A stretch of 64,000 nt of DNA from Schizochytrium sp. TIO01 (taxonomy: Eukaryota; Protista; Bigyra: Labyrinthulomycetes), in contig SMSO01000025.1 of the NCBI GenBank assembly GCA_004764695.1, forward strand, positions 4,814,862-4,878,861. The letters are read 5' to 3'. The notes beneath the pieces are model-generated. The model made no database searches. It worked only from the letters and a program-made list of their open reading frames with translations, and was not told the origin of the DNA. Below are positions 1 through 12,689 of the stretch, piece by piece (position 1 is the stretch's first letter; every line of letters begins with the position of its first letter). The position numbers and the translations under genes were made by a program.

Positions 1-626
1 GCTATCCTCAAGTTATTCCGCGTTTGTTGCAAGAACAGCGGAGTGGCCTCTCCCTATCTATGTGCGTGCCCCGCGATCTCTGCGTCTCTAATCCTAGCTA
101 TTAGCCGGAGTCCGCTGTATGCTGTATGCTGTCTGTTGTCTCTGTTGGTTAATTGATTGATTGATTATTGTGCGCTTCTTTACAATTACGCCAGTCAGCT
201 GTTTCTTAGTCTCTGCTTATCTGCTATTTTGTTGGCTCGCACGTGCCGCCAGAACTGCCTCTGCGCATTCGCACACATGAGTTCATTACATTACTCTTGA
301 GAAAGAAAACCAAATTCAAAATTAAATTTTAAAATATTGTTTGTCAATAAATGTGAGATGATATAGCTATATGATGAACATCATGGTGAAATGAAAAAGG
401 AAGAAAGTGGTCTCACGGAAAGAAAGTTTCTCTCTTTCTTTAAATTCTCAAAATTGCTGAGTAACATAGCACTTAGCTGTGTGTCATTCAGAGAAGACAG
501 TGCTTTGGGCTTGCATAGTTGGGAGTCCTGTTGATCTCTTTGCTACAGACACAAAGTTCGAGATGGGGCTCTGACTCTGAACTGCGCAAGAAACTTTAAA
601 AAGGTGCAGACGAAGTGCGGAAAGAG

Positions 627-673
<47 letters not shown>
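627..673. repeat. (CTTT)n microsatellite, ~11 copies
   Basis: Direct reading of the sequence; it generates the spurious ERKK-repeat ORF 543..737. Confidence 0.95.
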
Positions 674-2893
674 GCGTTTGCCTACCTACCAACTCACTCC
701 CTAGGTAACTAACTTCTAGAAAGGTATGGATCAACAAGCAAGGTTAGGCGGCCTCATCCTTTCGAATGATAAATCAGGCATAGAGCTTTGTCCGAAAGAA
801 AAGAGTGGTTTCGTTCACTTGGAACCGAAGAAAAAACCATTTTGTTTGGTGGCTGCTCGTCAGTACACAGGTATATAGGCAGTGCTACTACTCACTTCCG
901 GCGCGAGATATAGAATAAATTAGAATATTTATTTACTTGACCGTGACCCTAGCGCCAGAATTATATTACGGAACAAAAACTATGCAACGCACATGCCCTT
1001 TCTGCCGATTGTGGTCTTTATGTATACTCAGCTTGAATCTTTTTGACTTTTATAGCCACAAGCTTGCAAATGCTTAAACCTCGAGGGTGCACAAGCTGTT
1101 GGTTTAGCCTTTTCAAAGCAGCTAAAGTGGAAAATCATAATTGTCCTAGGTACTTACTTCATCGCGGTCTTCGGGCTTAGGTGTAAGCTTGAACTACTAC
1201 CTATTAGCTCTGCAAATGACGAGCGAGAGAGCATCCTTGACAAACCAAGCCATAAAAGTACGAAGAAGCAGTGACAACAGATTGAAGCTGCGATCAACCG
1301 CAATCGTCTTCATTTTCATCGTCTTCTACTGAGGAAGATTCATGTTTAACTTCTCTTATTATCTTCTCCGAAACATGCCCATAAAATATAATAGATGGGA
1401 CCGTGACTACCTTTGAGATAAACATTTCTTTAATTTTTTAATTTTTTAAATTTAAATAATAACAATAATGATAAAATTTTGTTCGATGGTACGAATGAAA
1501 AGATCGCACAGGCTAATTACTAACTACCTAGTCTCCCTCCTTCGTGTATGCAGAGGACAAATTTTCGTAACAATGCAAATGGCTGCTAGTATATCTCAAC
1601 GTGTTCTCTTCCTATACCATTCAAACGTGATGCTAACACTAATGCTACATAAATCTGGCAGTCAGTTGCCTTGCGAGTGAAACTTCGCATAAGTGGTGGT
1701 AGTATCACTAATAGCACTTTAATATCCTATCAAGTTACAAAAGGCGACTATACATAGAAGCCTATACACTTTTAAAATATATATTTTGTTATGATAGAAG
1801 AAAATAACTTCTTTTTTTAACAATAGAAATCATTATACAACTTACTTGTGTGTATTCAATTGGCTTATATGCCAGTGGTGTGATATTACTGGCAACGAGA
1901 CAGCCGCCTTCGACCGCCAAAAATTATGCAATCTCAGAACATCGAAGTTCATGCAATCTCTGGCAGTGTCAGTATTATGATTGTCGAGAGGCGTGTGTGT
2001 TTCTAACCAGACATGCGAATATCATTATAAACCCAAAACGTAATTCTCGCCCAAGAACATGAATAATACTGCAGTGCACATTTCCGTGGATAGCGATTAT
2101 GATTCTCGATTTCTCTACCCCCTACCTATCTACTATCTACTACTAAGACCAACTAAATAAAGAGGCACCTGCTATTCAAAACCTCCAGGGTTGTGAAGAG
2201 GTTATTCCTCGTTTTGGCGGCGGCAAAACTTAAGGTGTTGTCGGAAGTATCATTCATTTTGACTGGTGTGATGACAGCAACCTCAATCGATCCACCTCCA
2301 ATAAGCTCGCTGCTAATATCTACCTAGTGAGAACATATTCAGTCAATTGGCAGACAAAGTATAATGCAGAACAGAATCTCCTTCAGCTCAATGCAACCAA
2401 TGTTTCAAGAACCAGACTCCCAAAGTTGCAAGAATCGGGCGTTGCCAAAGGGACACCTTCCTACTAGGTAGGTAGAAATTGGCTTCCCAATCACACACAT
2501 GCTTCTCAGATCCTGCGATATGGGTGTACGCGAAGTGGATAACCACCCTTACAGATCTCTCCCAGTTCTTGCGGAATTAATGAATTAATGTCAGAAAATA
2601 AAACTTGTTGTATCACAGTCTGTGCAAGTCTGCACTAGGCTCTAAATTCTTCACGTTGCAAGGAGCGACTTTACAAAACTTCATTATGATCGTGTTGGGC
2701 TAAGAACCATACCTCGGCGTCTCCTAGCAAACAAATAAGAGTTGTGTACTAAGTAAAAATTCTACTTTGATTATTCCGAGAATCCCAATGGGTGTGAAGC
2801 GATGGCAAAAGACATGCGATGACGTTAGATTGTAGCGAGGATTTGAAAGATTGATGTTTAGATTTAATTGGATAAAGAATTTTTTAACTCGAT

Positions 2894-5800
2894 CTACTCT
2901 TCGGCTTTGTTTTCTTCAGAGCCTGTATTAATCTTGGAGTCTGCCTCTTTTGCAGCCTCCAAGCGCTGCACAGTCTTTGATTTACCTGCAGAGGACTCCA
3001 ATGAGGAGATTCTCTCTTCAAGCTGTGCAACATGCCGTTTGTAGGCCTCTTCATATTTTTCTTGACGTAAAAGATCGAGTTGAGCTCGTAGTTCTGCATT
3101 TTCTGCCTTGAGAGCCTGAATTTGCTGCATAACATCCTCGCTAGCCTCTCCAACTCCCTCGGGAAGAGCCAATCCAAGGTTCCGGCAAATGGTAGGATCA
3201 CGATTGGAAAGGGGCTTGACATTGCAATCTTCCCATGGCTTAATGAAGACCTCAAACTTAAGTTCAACAGAATCGAGATAATCCAGGAATTCCTGGTCTA
3301 CTGACTCCACATGAAGGATCTCAGTGTACTCGAGGTTAACATCACGCTTCTTACCACCTGTGGAGATAGCATCTGTGGAGTAGCGCTGGCCATAGAACTC
3401 AAACTCCACACGAGCTTCAGCAACTGGAGTGGCAAGATGCGAAAGGCGGCCAATCTCAATTTTATAGGTCCAAGGTTTTCCTATAAGATCTGAAGGATCG
3501 TCAATGTCATCAGGTTTCTCATCCGAATCCGGTGAGGCCATGGGTCTCCAGAATACCTCGAGCTCGCCAATCTTATCATATGGAATGACAGACTTCATCA
3601 AATCTAGAGTGCTTTCCTCTTCGTCTGTCTCCATGCAAAGCGTACAGTGAAGCAGAAAGTTGGTGCAGGTACCAATCTGATAAGAACTGTCAAAGAGCAT
3701 TTTAACAATTTCTTCATCGGCCGGAACCTCGTAGGGATCCTCCTTCCACTTAAGGGCCTGAATTTGATCTTTCAGAATGTTTAAGTTGTCTTGAAGCTCA
3801 AATGGATCAAGGAATACGACTGTACTCGTCTCTGTGTCAGTGACTTGTACTTTGACATCCGGCACAAGCTTTTCACGGGGGTGCTGCAGACTTAGCTTGA
3901 ATTCAAGCATTCCACGGCCGACCTGTGCACACATATGCTCCATTTGACGAATAATAGGAACTGTGTTGAGCATGGTCTCATCGATGGCCTTCCAGGCTTC
4001 CATGGCTTGCTTCTTGGAATCAATGTCTTCAGCTGAACGACCTTCGCGCTTCATTTTCTCTAATTCCTCCTGGAGTTTCCGTTTGTCTTCTTCAAGCTTT
4101 CGGGCCTGTTCCTGGAATGCACTATCCTTGGCACGCATTGCTTGATGGTATTCTTGAATAGCCGTACGAGCATCAGGCTCGTCTTCATCGCGCTCCTCGC
4201 CTGGATGTGCAAATCGGAACATCATGATATCAGTCCCGATTACAACACGGTCAAACTTCTCTAGTTTGACACGTTGCCCCTTCTCCACAACTTTGCCGTT
4301 GTGGTACACTGAACCCTCTCCGCCAACAAGATATACCTCTTCTGGGCCTTTCTTCTCAAACACACAGTGATCATCAACCATGTCCATATTGAGTGGCTGG
4401 ATATCACCCTTACTACGGCCAAATGAAGTCGTATCTTGAGCAAAAATGAACAAGAATCGACGATCTCTAAAGCTGTCTTCGTCTAGGTTGACCAAATGAG
4501 GATGCTCTGGATCTTCTTCGAACCAGCTCAAAGCAATGCCACGGCTTGAGTACTGTTGCTTCTGCTTTTCCATTTCTTGTTGCTTGTGCAAATCTGCCTC
4601 GCCCTTCATTTCGCTCACAAGCTGAGCCTGCTTCTCGGCAAGCATACGGTTCATCTCCTCCATATCCATGCCGCCACCACCACCGCTGCTCTTCAGAGCC
4701 TCGATCATCGCCTTCATCTTTTCTAACTCCTCCATGAGCTGCATCTCGCGCTTGGATTGAGCTGAAGTTGCCTTCTTTGGCTGTAGTTTGATAACTGAAG
4801 CATTTCTACAGAAAATGGGGGGAGGGGGTACGTGTAAATCACGGATTTTAGTAGTTAGTATCGTCTTGCATGAGCATGTAACGAACCCGGCTGGAGCATG
4901 TGCGATTTTACTGTTGTATGTTCAATTTAACTTACTTGGCAAAAGTCAACGTTGCAAATGTGTAGTTTAAGTACGAAACCTCAGGACGAATCTGTTGTCA
5001 ATGCAATGTAATCAAAGGAGTTAGTATGCGACTGGCTTCCTCTAAACATGGATAATAGTTCTTTGTTTGTTTCTAGCAATAAGCGTCGATCTTTGCGAGG
5101 GAGGTGCTTTGACGCCAGCCATACCCCATAATATCCGGTTTTTGCACCCACAGCATTGCATTTAAGGGAAACTTACTGCAGTAAAAAGATAAGAGCGACT
5201 GATAAGGATAGTGTCCTTCAGAAATTTCGACAAAAAGTATGTGTTGCAGCCGGGAATAGACTGTCCGGGCTTGAGTTTCTTCTCCTGTACGGCTTTAGCC
5301 ATCTTTAGGAAAAAATTGGACATCTCTGAGAGAGAAAGGTTAATTTTTTTACCCTGGTCCTGAAGCTCTTTCGTCTTGCTTTGGTCTGAATGAGGACCCA
5401 AGTACTTGTGCTCAATATCTCCGTTTTCATACACAATCTTTTTGTAATTTGCATAGACGATATCACCAGCAGGCTCAGTACCTGCCAAATCACACACATA
5501 GACACGACCGCGTTGCTTGGTTCCTTTGATGGAAGGGTGTGGCATTTCAACCTCCAATGTCATGATACAATGTCCACGAGTAGATTGATGGTTAAATTGA
5601 GTTGGCGCAATTGCCTTGCGAGCATTGGCTGCCATAAAAGCTTTACGCAAGTCATCCCAGGTGTCCAAAACAGCAGACTCGCACCAATCGATATCCATGA
5701 AGCCATCAGCATCCTTCTTCATACCAGTTTTGTAGTTCATTTCCTTTGCCATAGGAGACATCAAGTCGCGAACAGTGTCAACAACATTTTGAAAGTACTT

Positions 5801-6310
5801 CATGGTAACCTTCCAGCCATCCTCCTTCTGCTTGAACACTTCGTAGGCAAGCTGAGGAAAAATTCCCCATAGCGGATGCGGTTCAGAGTGCTTATACCAA
5901 GCCTCTGGGATGTCAGGAGCATCAGGACCAAAAACAGTAAATGTCTTACCAGAACCAGATAGACCGTAGGCAAATAGCACGACGGAGTTTCCAGCCATGA
6001 GATCAGCGTAAACCTTTGTACCGACCCTTTGGTATGCCATCTCCTGATTTACAAGGACCATGTCATCTGCAGCGGCCTGCTCCTCAGGCGATGGACTTCC
6101 TTGACCCTCAGGACCAGTAAGATGCCGACTGTAACCATAGGCAGACCACCAGGAGTAGGAAAAACCAAACCGGTTCGTTGAGTATTTGGAGTTCAAAAGT
6201 TCTACCTCACCGTTTTCGTCATCAAGCTGCGTCATCTTTACACCAAGCTGGTCATCTTTGGTAAATGGTCTGCATCTTACACAGACCTTGATACTGACAC
6301 CGTCCGCCAT
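2894..6310 (-). CDS. Divergent kinesin-3-like motor protein (motor + FHA + coiled coil + C-terminal C2-like domain, KIF28/KLP-6-type architecture); 3 exons complement(join(2894..4805,4936..4991,5177..6310)), 1033 aa
   Basis: Motor motifs IKVCVRCRP, P-loop FAYGLSGSGKT, switch I NHQSTRGH, switch II DLAGTE. Splicing two GT-AG introns joins ORFs 5162..6310 and 2894..4744 in frame (1134+56+1912=3102 nt) and restores the motor C-terminus (...YLFTA|IRPEVSYLNYTFATLTFAK|NASVIK). PHLVNLDED followed by an FHA-like region is typical of kinesin-3. Confidence 0.9.
4806..4935 (-). other. Spliceosomal intron 2 of the kinesin gene (130 nt)
   Basis: Donor GTAAGT (4935-4930), branch point TACTAAC (4860-4854), acceptor TAG ending at 4806; phase 2; removal restores the reading frame. 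Confidence 0.9.
4992..5176 (-). other. Spliceosomal intron 1 of the kinesin gene (185 nt)
   Basis: Donor GTAAGT (5176-5171), branch point TACTAAC (5026-5020), acceptor CAG ending at 4992; phase 0. Confidence 0.9.
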
Positions 6311-8690
6311 TGTTTTAGTTTGAAGACTTCACAACTACACAACACTCTTTACAAAAAGGAACTTTAGCGCACTGTATTCTTGCAAGTGAACTTTCCAGAT
6401 CTAGCCAAACTTTGACTTCTCCAAATCTTCGACGTAAAGATTGAGTATGGCTCCCTTGAACTAGGCACTATCCTGTTGCACGTCTTCAGCTTCTTAGACT
6501 GATTCAACTTTCACGAAAGCTGGTGGAAATATCTAAAGAGATGCTCAACCGCCTTTAAGTTTACAGCTGGGTTCGCCGGTCAGCGCCCCGCCCACCTTAC
6601 GACCTTGCGGTTGCTCCACACGCCACCACCGCTGCCCAAATGGTGTATAAAGGTATGCTGCCCCGTCCATGGACTGGGTAATGCTAACAGTCTTTGCAAG
6701 TTGGCAAGTTATAAGACATAAGAGGAGAGGAGCTTACAAATTTTCGACACCCTGTAATTTTGGCCAGAGAAAGAATTATTCAACAGACCTATGCGCAGTT
6801 AATACACCTAAGCACCAGCTAAGAATACCTACCTATCTATCACTTTCCTTGCTATTAAAAAAACACAGAGGAAATAAGAATACCAAAAATAATTCGCCTA
6901 TTGCTTATGTAGGCGATAGGGACAGACTCCACCTTCCCAAAACCGATATGCAACTTAATTCGATACAAAAGGGTCAGCCAAGCGAACCAAGTTTCTCCAG
7001 ACTACTCAGCCTGCCAAGCCTCTTAGCTCTCTCTCACAGAGAGAACAAATTTTAATCTTTGCCAGGATTACTTTTTAAGTCAGCATGTTTTTATTTTTTA
7101 TTTTCAATAATACCACCCATTACACTGTTGCGCTCTCGCTTTTTTACCGTTGAAATCTGATAAAGTCCTCTTTTCTTTTCTCTGCTCTACCCGCAGGGTC
7201 ATAATAGTGCCTAATTAGTACCCACCTACCTACCTAGTAATTTTGAGAAGTAGTTCCAGCACCAGCAGTCATGATTGCTTTTCTTTCTTTCTCTAGCTAG
7301 GTAACCTACCAACCTGCTTATTCTTTACCCACGTAGAAGAATGGCTCAGAATGTAAGTGACTAGCAGTAGGTTTTACTGGGAAACTGACAGTTGTGCATA
7401 GCAGATGAAAAACGATTCGTTACGCAGAGAATGTACTACACACTCTTTCTTTAAAATCAAAAGACCTTAGTGTATGCAGTCGAAAACCTCAGCTTTGAGT
7501 TTCTATCATGGTTATAAATTTGGTTTTAGATTTTTTCCCTTTCCAGTGGAAACAGAGTCGTTTCTACCTTTGGAACTCTCAGAACCACTTTACTTACTTT
7601 CTTTAATTAACACGGCTTAATAAATCTTTTCTCGCACTTTGCACTGTCCCAAGGCTTAATTCCATATAAATGATTAAGTTAACGTGAAATCGCGTGAAAT
7701 AATTGAATGGAATACTCTTAAAACTTTGTTCAAGCAGGTAACTTCAAGTAATGTTGTCTCGACTTGTTTTCCTCTTCGTGATCGTACATACTTAACCTTA
7801 GCTAGCGCGAGGTAATAAGAGATACATTAGTACATATAAATATTGCCTAGTAGATGTTCTTTAAACCCGGAACAGCAAACAGAGACAGCAATCAATAAAG
7901 ACATCCACGTTAAAATAGATCTGCTGGCTTGAGACATCTTGGCGAATAAGACACAGGTTGATAAAACCAAGGAATAGACAAACACTCTGTCACATAAAAC
8001 TGGAGCTTGATTAAGCATCTCAAACATAATGATACCAAATGGTTATACTAAAAGTCAATATGTTTTATGAACGAAGACTCTGCTAGTACCGTAGAGCCAG
8101 GTATGTAGACTATAAAATGTAATCATACCTACTAATACTTATCCTAGCTAGGAATACATATACCTACCGAGCATTAAAGGGCCATGAAAAGGAGAAAAGA
8201 AGATAGATAGTGAAGATAGATCCTTAGAGAAGCAGACCAAACTTTAAAGGGGCTGCTTCTCTTGCACTAGGGCGTCTCTTGTGCGCAGGAGAGGGCCTGA
8301 ATCCTCTCCTCCTGTGGACACCGAGAAGTAGACGTGCCAGGCCCTAGTGCTTGAGCCTTCTTCTCGCGCATTCATTCTTATCTTCTGCTTGTTCTTCTTT
8401 CTCACAAGTTGGCCAGCATTTATCAAGCCCAACCAGCTTGGACCGACGTGAATCCACCAATACACAGACGCGTGTGTATCAAAACTTGCAAGAGAAACTA
8501 GGTGCAATCATATTCTGACTCAAACGAGGAGTACAAGAACATAAGAACAAGACTAAAGTTTGGAGGGGGGTCCCACAAAATATTTCGTTGTCGTCATAAA
8601 CAGTCCTGTTGTAGACTTTGTAAGTCACCCTTCTGCGCAACCTTTGCTTCATCTGCTGCTGCCATATAGAGACATCCAAGAGTGGGCGCC

Positions 8691-11600
8691 ATGGATCCTC
8701 TGGGCTTCGTTAGGGCTCGTCGTCCAACTTCGATCCGTGGCCTCATGACTGGCGAAACCACCGCCAACACGACTGCCAATGCAGATAAACTGGATCTGGG
8801 GGTGCAGCTTCCTCCAGGATCTATCCTCGGTCAGCCTCTTGTCCGTCATGCTTGCATTCGCATTCTTGTCGTACCTGTAGGCCCCATCAGCGTAAGTACG
8901 TTTGGAAACTACTTTTCTAGTCTGTGCAGATTTACAAAACTATCTCTTCAACTAGTGACACCTTACCCAGGATCTGGCGACTCCGATGCAGTGCCATGGC
9001 GCAGCTGGCAAGAAGGCTCACTCCGCTTCAAATTTGTAGTGCAGGGTAGCGCAGGCGAAGATCAAGCACAAAGCCTCGGCGAACTGGGCTGGCACACGCT
9101 GCAACCTCATCGTCGAATTTCGGCAGTGATTGGAATCTGTGACTGGCCCAAGGTCAAAGATATAGACGCTGCACTCAAAGAATTCAATGCTATAGTCGCA
9201 GAGTATCCTGAGGGTACACTTTCACGTTGGTGTGCCTTCAACGTGCCCGACCCACAATCTATGGATCAAGATGCTCTTGCTAAGTTGCTGAGCTGTGGAA
9301 TGGAGATTTTTGACGCAGAGAAACGCTATGAAGATGGCAGTTCAAGCTTTGACCTTCGTATGGAAATGATCTTGTGTAACCTTTCCACGACGCTTCTTGA
9401 AAGGTATGACAAAATCGTTAGTGAGGGACGCGCACTTTGCGCACAAATCGAAGATAGATCTAAACCCTTACCACAGATTTCCTCAGAGGCTCCACAGACT
9501 GATTCATTTCTGAGCATGATCATGCATGGTGCTACATACCCTGGAGATGAAGCTATTGCACAGCGGATTAGTGATCAAAAGACTCGGACGCGCATGGCTG
9601 GTCGCCTCAAAGCCTGGATTGCTGGTTTTGCACTTCTTGCAGCATCTCCACAAGATGCGTTGGAACTCTATAATGCTGCAATTCGAAATTGCACCATGGC
9701 CTTGGATGTGCCTTGGCAGGCAGTAGCACTTGAAGGCAGTGCATCAGCTCTCTACCTGGCTCGTCTCTATCCGAATGAGGACCCGCGATTCCTTTCAGAT
9801 GTCGCTGAGGCCTTGCGTCAAGCCGCAACCTTTTATGCTAAGCAAGTTGACTTTTGGCCACTTGAAGCTGATGTGTCATTAAAACTTGCTGCTTATTCGC
9901 CTACAGATTCTGTGCGTGTACTAGCCGCATTATCAAGCAAATCTGCTATGCATCTGCATGCTGCACAGGCAAAATGTATTGGTAAGCATGGGGGTGCACT
10001 GAACTCAAGCAATGCCGAGAATGCCCTTAGTGACGAGGAGAAAGAGTTGCGTAAAGCCTCCGTCCTTTTTCGTGATATTTGCATTCAAAGTGCGATGCTA
10101 TTTGAACATCGCGGGTTTTCACGGAAGTCATCTTTCATGCTCCAGCAAGCAGCATCGCACGAGTACAACTGGACCGACGGGTTAGTTCTTTTCCAACTTG
10201 CTGGTGAGCGACTTGGGATCCTTCCTCGGTTTTCTATTGGTAACAACGAATCGGATGTGTTGCGAGGTATCGACGTATCTGATCAGAAGTCTAAAAACTT
10301 TAGAAAGGACCGCTCTGCATGGCGCGAATTGAAACAAGTGATGCTACAAACCTTGGTCGATGCCGCTCAAAATGCTGGTCATGGCCAATTAGCCATTGAC
10401 TACACACTTCAACTTTTACAGCTTTTACAAGAAAACAGTGAGACAAACCAAGATGAGCTTTCTGAAGTTATTTTGTCATGTGTTGGTTCTGGCGGATTCA
10501 CGTATCTGCATCGCCCCTGCCCCTTTCCAATAATCGATGCTATGACTTTGATTGACGCACCTCCTCCCCTTGAGCTCCACAAACGCTCTCGGAAACATGG
10601 GAGCTCTAGTGCCTCACCCGTCTCGTTATTTTACTCTCCATTTGCGGCACAGGATGGAAAGCCAAAGCTTGACAAGACTTGGGCCCAAAATGAAATTTTC
10701 AGCGTCATGGTGACCTTGTCGAATCCTATGTCATTTCCCGTAAGAGTAGATTCAATTTCCCTCGATATTGACCCAGGCGTGAATGTCGAGTGTCATCGAG
10801 CCTCTCTTCGCTTGCGACCTCGTGAGCGGGGCCACAGAGTATCACTGTCAGCTCGTCCCTTGGCAGAAGGTAACTACATAATTCGAGGTTGCAATGTTTC
10901 AGCCATGGGCCTCAAAAGTCACCACCCAATTGCAGAACCTTTTAATGTGCTCATCGTCCCAGCAATGCCATGTTTGAGTTTCGAGCACCTTACGCACCGG
11001 CAATCAGTAGCGCTCAAAGGAACAACCGAATTATATGAAGGTGAACTTTTCCCGATTGAGTGCGAAATGCATGGTACGTCAGGAGTAAATATTACCGACA
11101 TTGAGCTCACTGGCGCAGTTTCCTTTGAGGCTCCAAATGCAGAAATATATCGACAGAACCTTGTTCCGCCTGAATATAATAGCTCAAGTAGAAGCTCTCT
11201 ACTTCAAGTTTTTGCTATCGAGGGCAATGACGACGGGGACTCGAACAGCGAATACTCCTCTGCGTCTTCAGTCACAGACTACCTCATCACATCATCTTCG
11301 AAGATTGAATCACAACGGTCAAAAGTTCAACGTGTTATTCTCGGTCTTGATGACACCAATAGTAAGCTGCAGCAAGCTCTGCAAACGCTGGGTGGGGAAC
11401 TTTCAGTACCTCAACGCTTTCAGTTGATGCTACAGGCTCGCCGGGGGTGTAAAAATGCTGCTTTGCAAATGACTTACAGTGCCGCAGATTTAGACTTTGA
11501 GCGACGCTACAACATGTCATTTGATCTTCATGTCCAGGCGTGCATGCATGTTATTTACGTAAATATCCTTCAAGATCCTGTCCGCGCCAATGATAGTTCG

Positions 11601-12284
11601 GCCTTTCTCGTTCTTTTAGATGTTAAAAATGATTCATCTCAAAGCTTTGAGCTGCGTGCGGTTCCAGCTCAGGAAGACTCGATGCGATGGACGAAACAGA
11701 AAGGAGCAGACCCTGCCCAGGTTAAAGCCGAACCTTTTTCTGTGCATCGTTTAGCGTTGCGCGTTCAAAAGCAAAGCGATCATCCAGTTGGTGATGTTCT
11801 CGCGTGGGTTGATAATACTGTGCGCGTTGAATGGATAATGTCTGAAGATACAAGCCGCAAGGGCCGAGTTAGCTTTGCTAGCGCTAGCTTAGCCCCGGCG
11901 GCTGGTGACCGTCTGAACTCGGGACTTTTAGCCTTAAGTTTAGACCTACAAAAAGGTACGAGTGAGATTTCTGTTAGTGTGCACAATCGCTCTGATTCGG
12001 AGACTCTTCGTGATCTATCTATTTCAGTTTTCGTTCGGCCTGGTCCAGTTACTGAAAAACTGCTTTGGGACGGAGCCTTGTCTATTCTTATTCAGGAGTT
12101 ACCACCGCATGGTGAACGTTCATTTACTGTAACATACTCCCTACTTATGGAAGGTGAAGCAGTATCGGAAAGCGAACGCGCCAATGATGCTTTAGAATTA
12201 GTGCTCTTGACAGCAGAAGCGGGACCCTCCCAGCGGGTCTGGAGTACATCAGCAAGCTTTTCTCTATCTGATTTGCTGAATTAG
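8691..12284 (+). CDS. TRAPPC9: TRAPP II complex subunit Trs120/TRAPPC9 homolog
   Basis: About 1200 aa single-exon ORF with first ATG at 8691. N-terminal IRILVVPVGPI...WQEGSLRFKF...QPHRRISAVIGICD, RMAGRLKAWIAGFALLA and WQAVALEG match Trs120; helical middle followed by Ig-like beta domains (VTLSNPMSFPVRV). Confidence 0.88.
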   Translation: MDPLGFVRARRPTSIRGLMTGETTANTTANADKLDLGVQLPPGSILGQPLVRHACIRILVVPVGPISVSTFGNYFSSLCRFTKLSLQLVTPYPGSGDSDAVPWRSWQEGSLRFKFVVQGSAGEDQAQSLGELGWHTLQPHRRISAVIGICDWPKVKDIDAALKEFNAIVAEYPEGTLSRWCAFNVPDPQSMDQDALAKLLSCGMEIFDAEKRYEDGSSSFDLRMEMILCNLSTTLLERYDKIVSEGRALCAQIEDRSKPLPQISSEAPQTDSFLSMIMHGATYPGDEAIAQRISDQKTRTRMAGRLKAWIAGFALLAASPQDALELYNAAIRNCTMALDVPWQAVALEGSASALYLARLYPNEDPRFLSDVAEALRQAATFYAKQVDFWPLEADVSLKLAAYSPTDSVRVLAALSSKSAMHLHAAQAKCIGKHGGALNSSNAENALSDEEKELRKASVLFRDICIQSAMLFEHRGFSRKSSFMLQQAASHEYNWTDGLVLFQLAGERLGILPRFSIGNNESDVLRGIDVSDQKSKNFRKDRSAWRELKQVMLQTLVDAAQNAGHGQLAIDYTLQLLQLLQENSETNQDELSEVILSCVGSGGFTYLHRPCPFPIIDAMTLIDAPPPLELHKRSRKHGSSSASPVSLFYSPFAAQDGKPKLDKTWAQNEIFSVMVTLSNPMSFPVRVDSISLDIDPGVNVECHRASLRLRPRERGHRVSLSARPLAEGNYIIRGCNVSAMGLKSHHPIAEPFNVLIVPAMPCLSFEHLTHRQSVALKGTTELYEGELFPIECEMHGTSGVNITDIELTGAVSFEAPNAEIYRQNLVPPEYNSSSRSSLLQVFAIEGNDDGDSNSEYSSASSVTDYLITSSSKIESQRSKVQRVILGLDDTNSKLQQALQTLGGELSVPQRFQLMLQARRGCKNAALQMTYSAADLDFERRYNMSFDLHVQACMHVIYVNILQDPVRANDSSAFLVLLDVKNDSSQSFELRAVPAQEDSMRWTKQKGADPAQVKAEPFSVHRLALRVQKQSDHPVGDVLAWVDNTVRVEWIMSEDTSRKGRVSFASASLAPAAGDRLNSGLLALSLDLQKGTSEISVSVHNRSDSETLRDLSISVFVRPGPVTEKLLWDGALSILIQELPPHGERSFTVTYSLLMEGEAVSESERANDALELVLLTAEAGPSQRVWSTSASFSLSDLLN

Positions 12285-12689
12285 GTTCACATTGGATGAA
12301 CAGTTTCTACGCGAAGCTAGAGAAAGAAGTTGCAGTCTTCGGCCGAAAAAAAAATATGACGCAGCACGTTTCACTCTCTATCATATCTTCTCTAAGAGCG
12401 CACGGTCACTACTGAAGCACTGCTGGCTCTACTTCAGCATTTGAACCTTGAAATGTTAGTATGAGTGTAAATATAGGTTAGTATCTTATGAATATATTGC
12501 ATATCCTTGTCCCTTTGAAACCAGCGTCATCTTTTTCGTTAAAATTAAAAACCAATAGGTTTGCAAGGAATTTACGTTTTGAAACCCAAGGGCTTTTTTT
12601 AAAACTCAACCTGAAGCAAAAGACTAAAGAAGGGCAAAAAGAGATGGCGTTATATTCTCTGAACATCTAGACCTATGTGCTTGTATATA

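Noticed and set aside
543-737. 64-aa ORF with ERKK repeats
   Set aside because: Translation of the (CTTT)n microsatellite.
2159-2467. 103-codon plus-strand frame with a single internal stop, flanked by TACC/GGTA motifs
   Set aside because: No ATG and no recognisable homology; compatible with chance given the number of frames examined.
8244-8849. Several short minus-strand ORFs at the TRAPPC9 5' end
   Set aside because: No motifs; they overlap the 5' region of a well-supported gene on the opposite strand.
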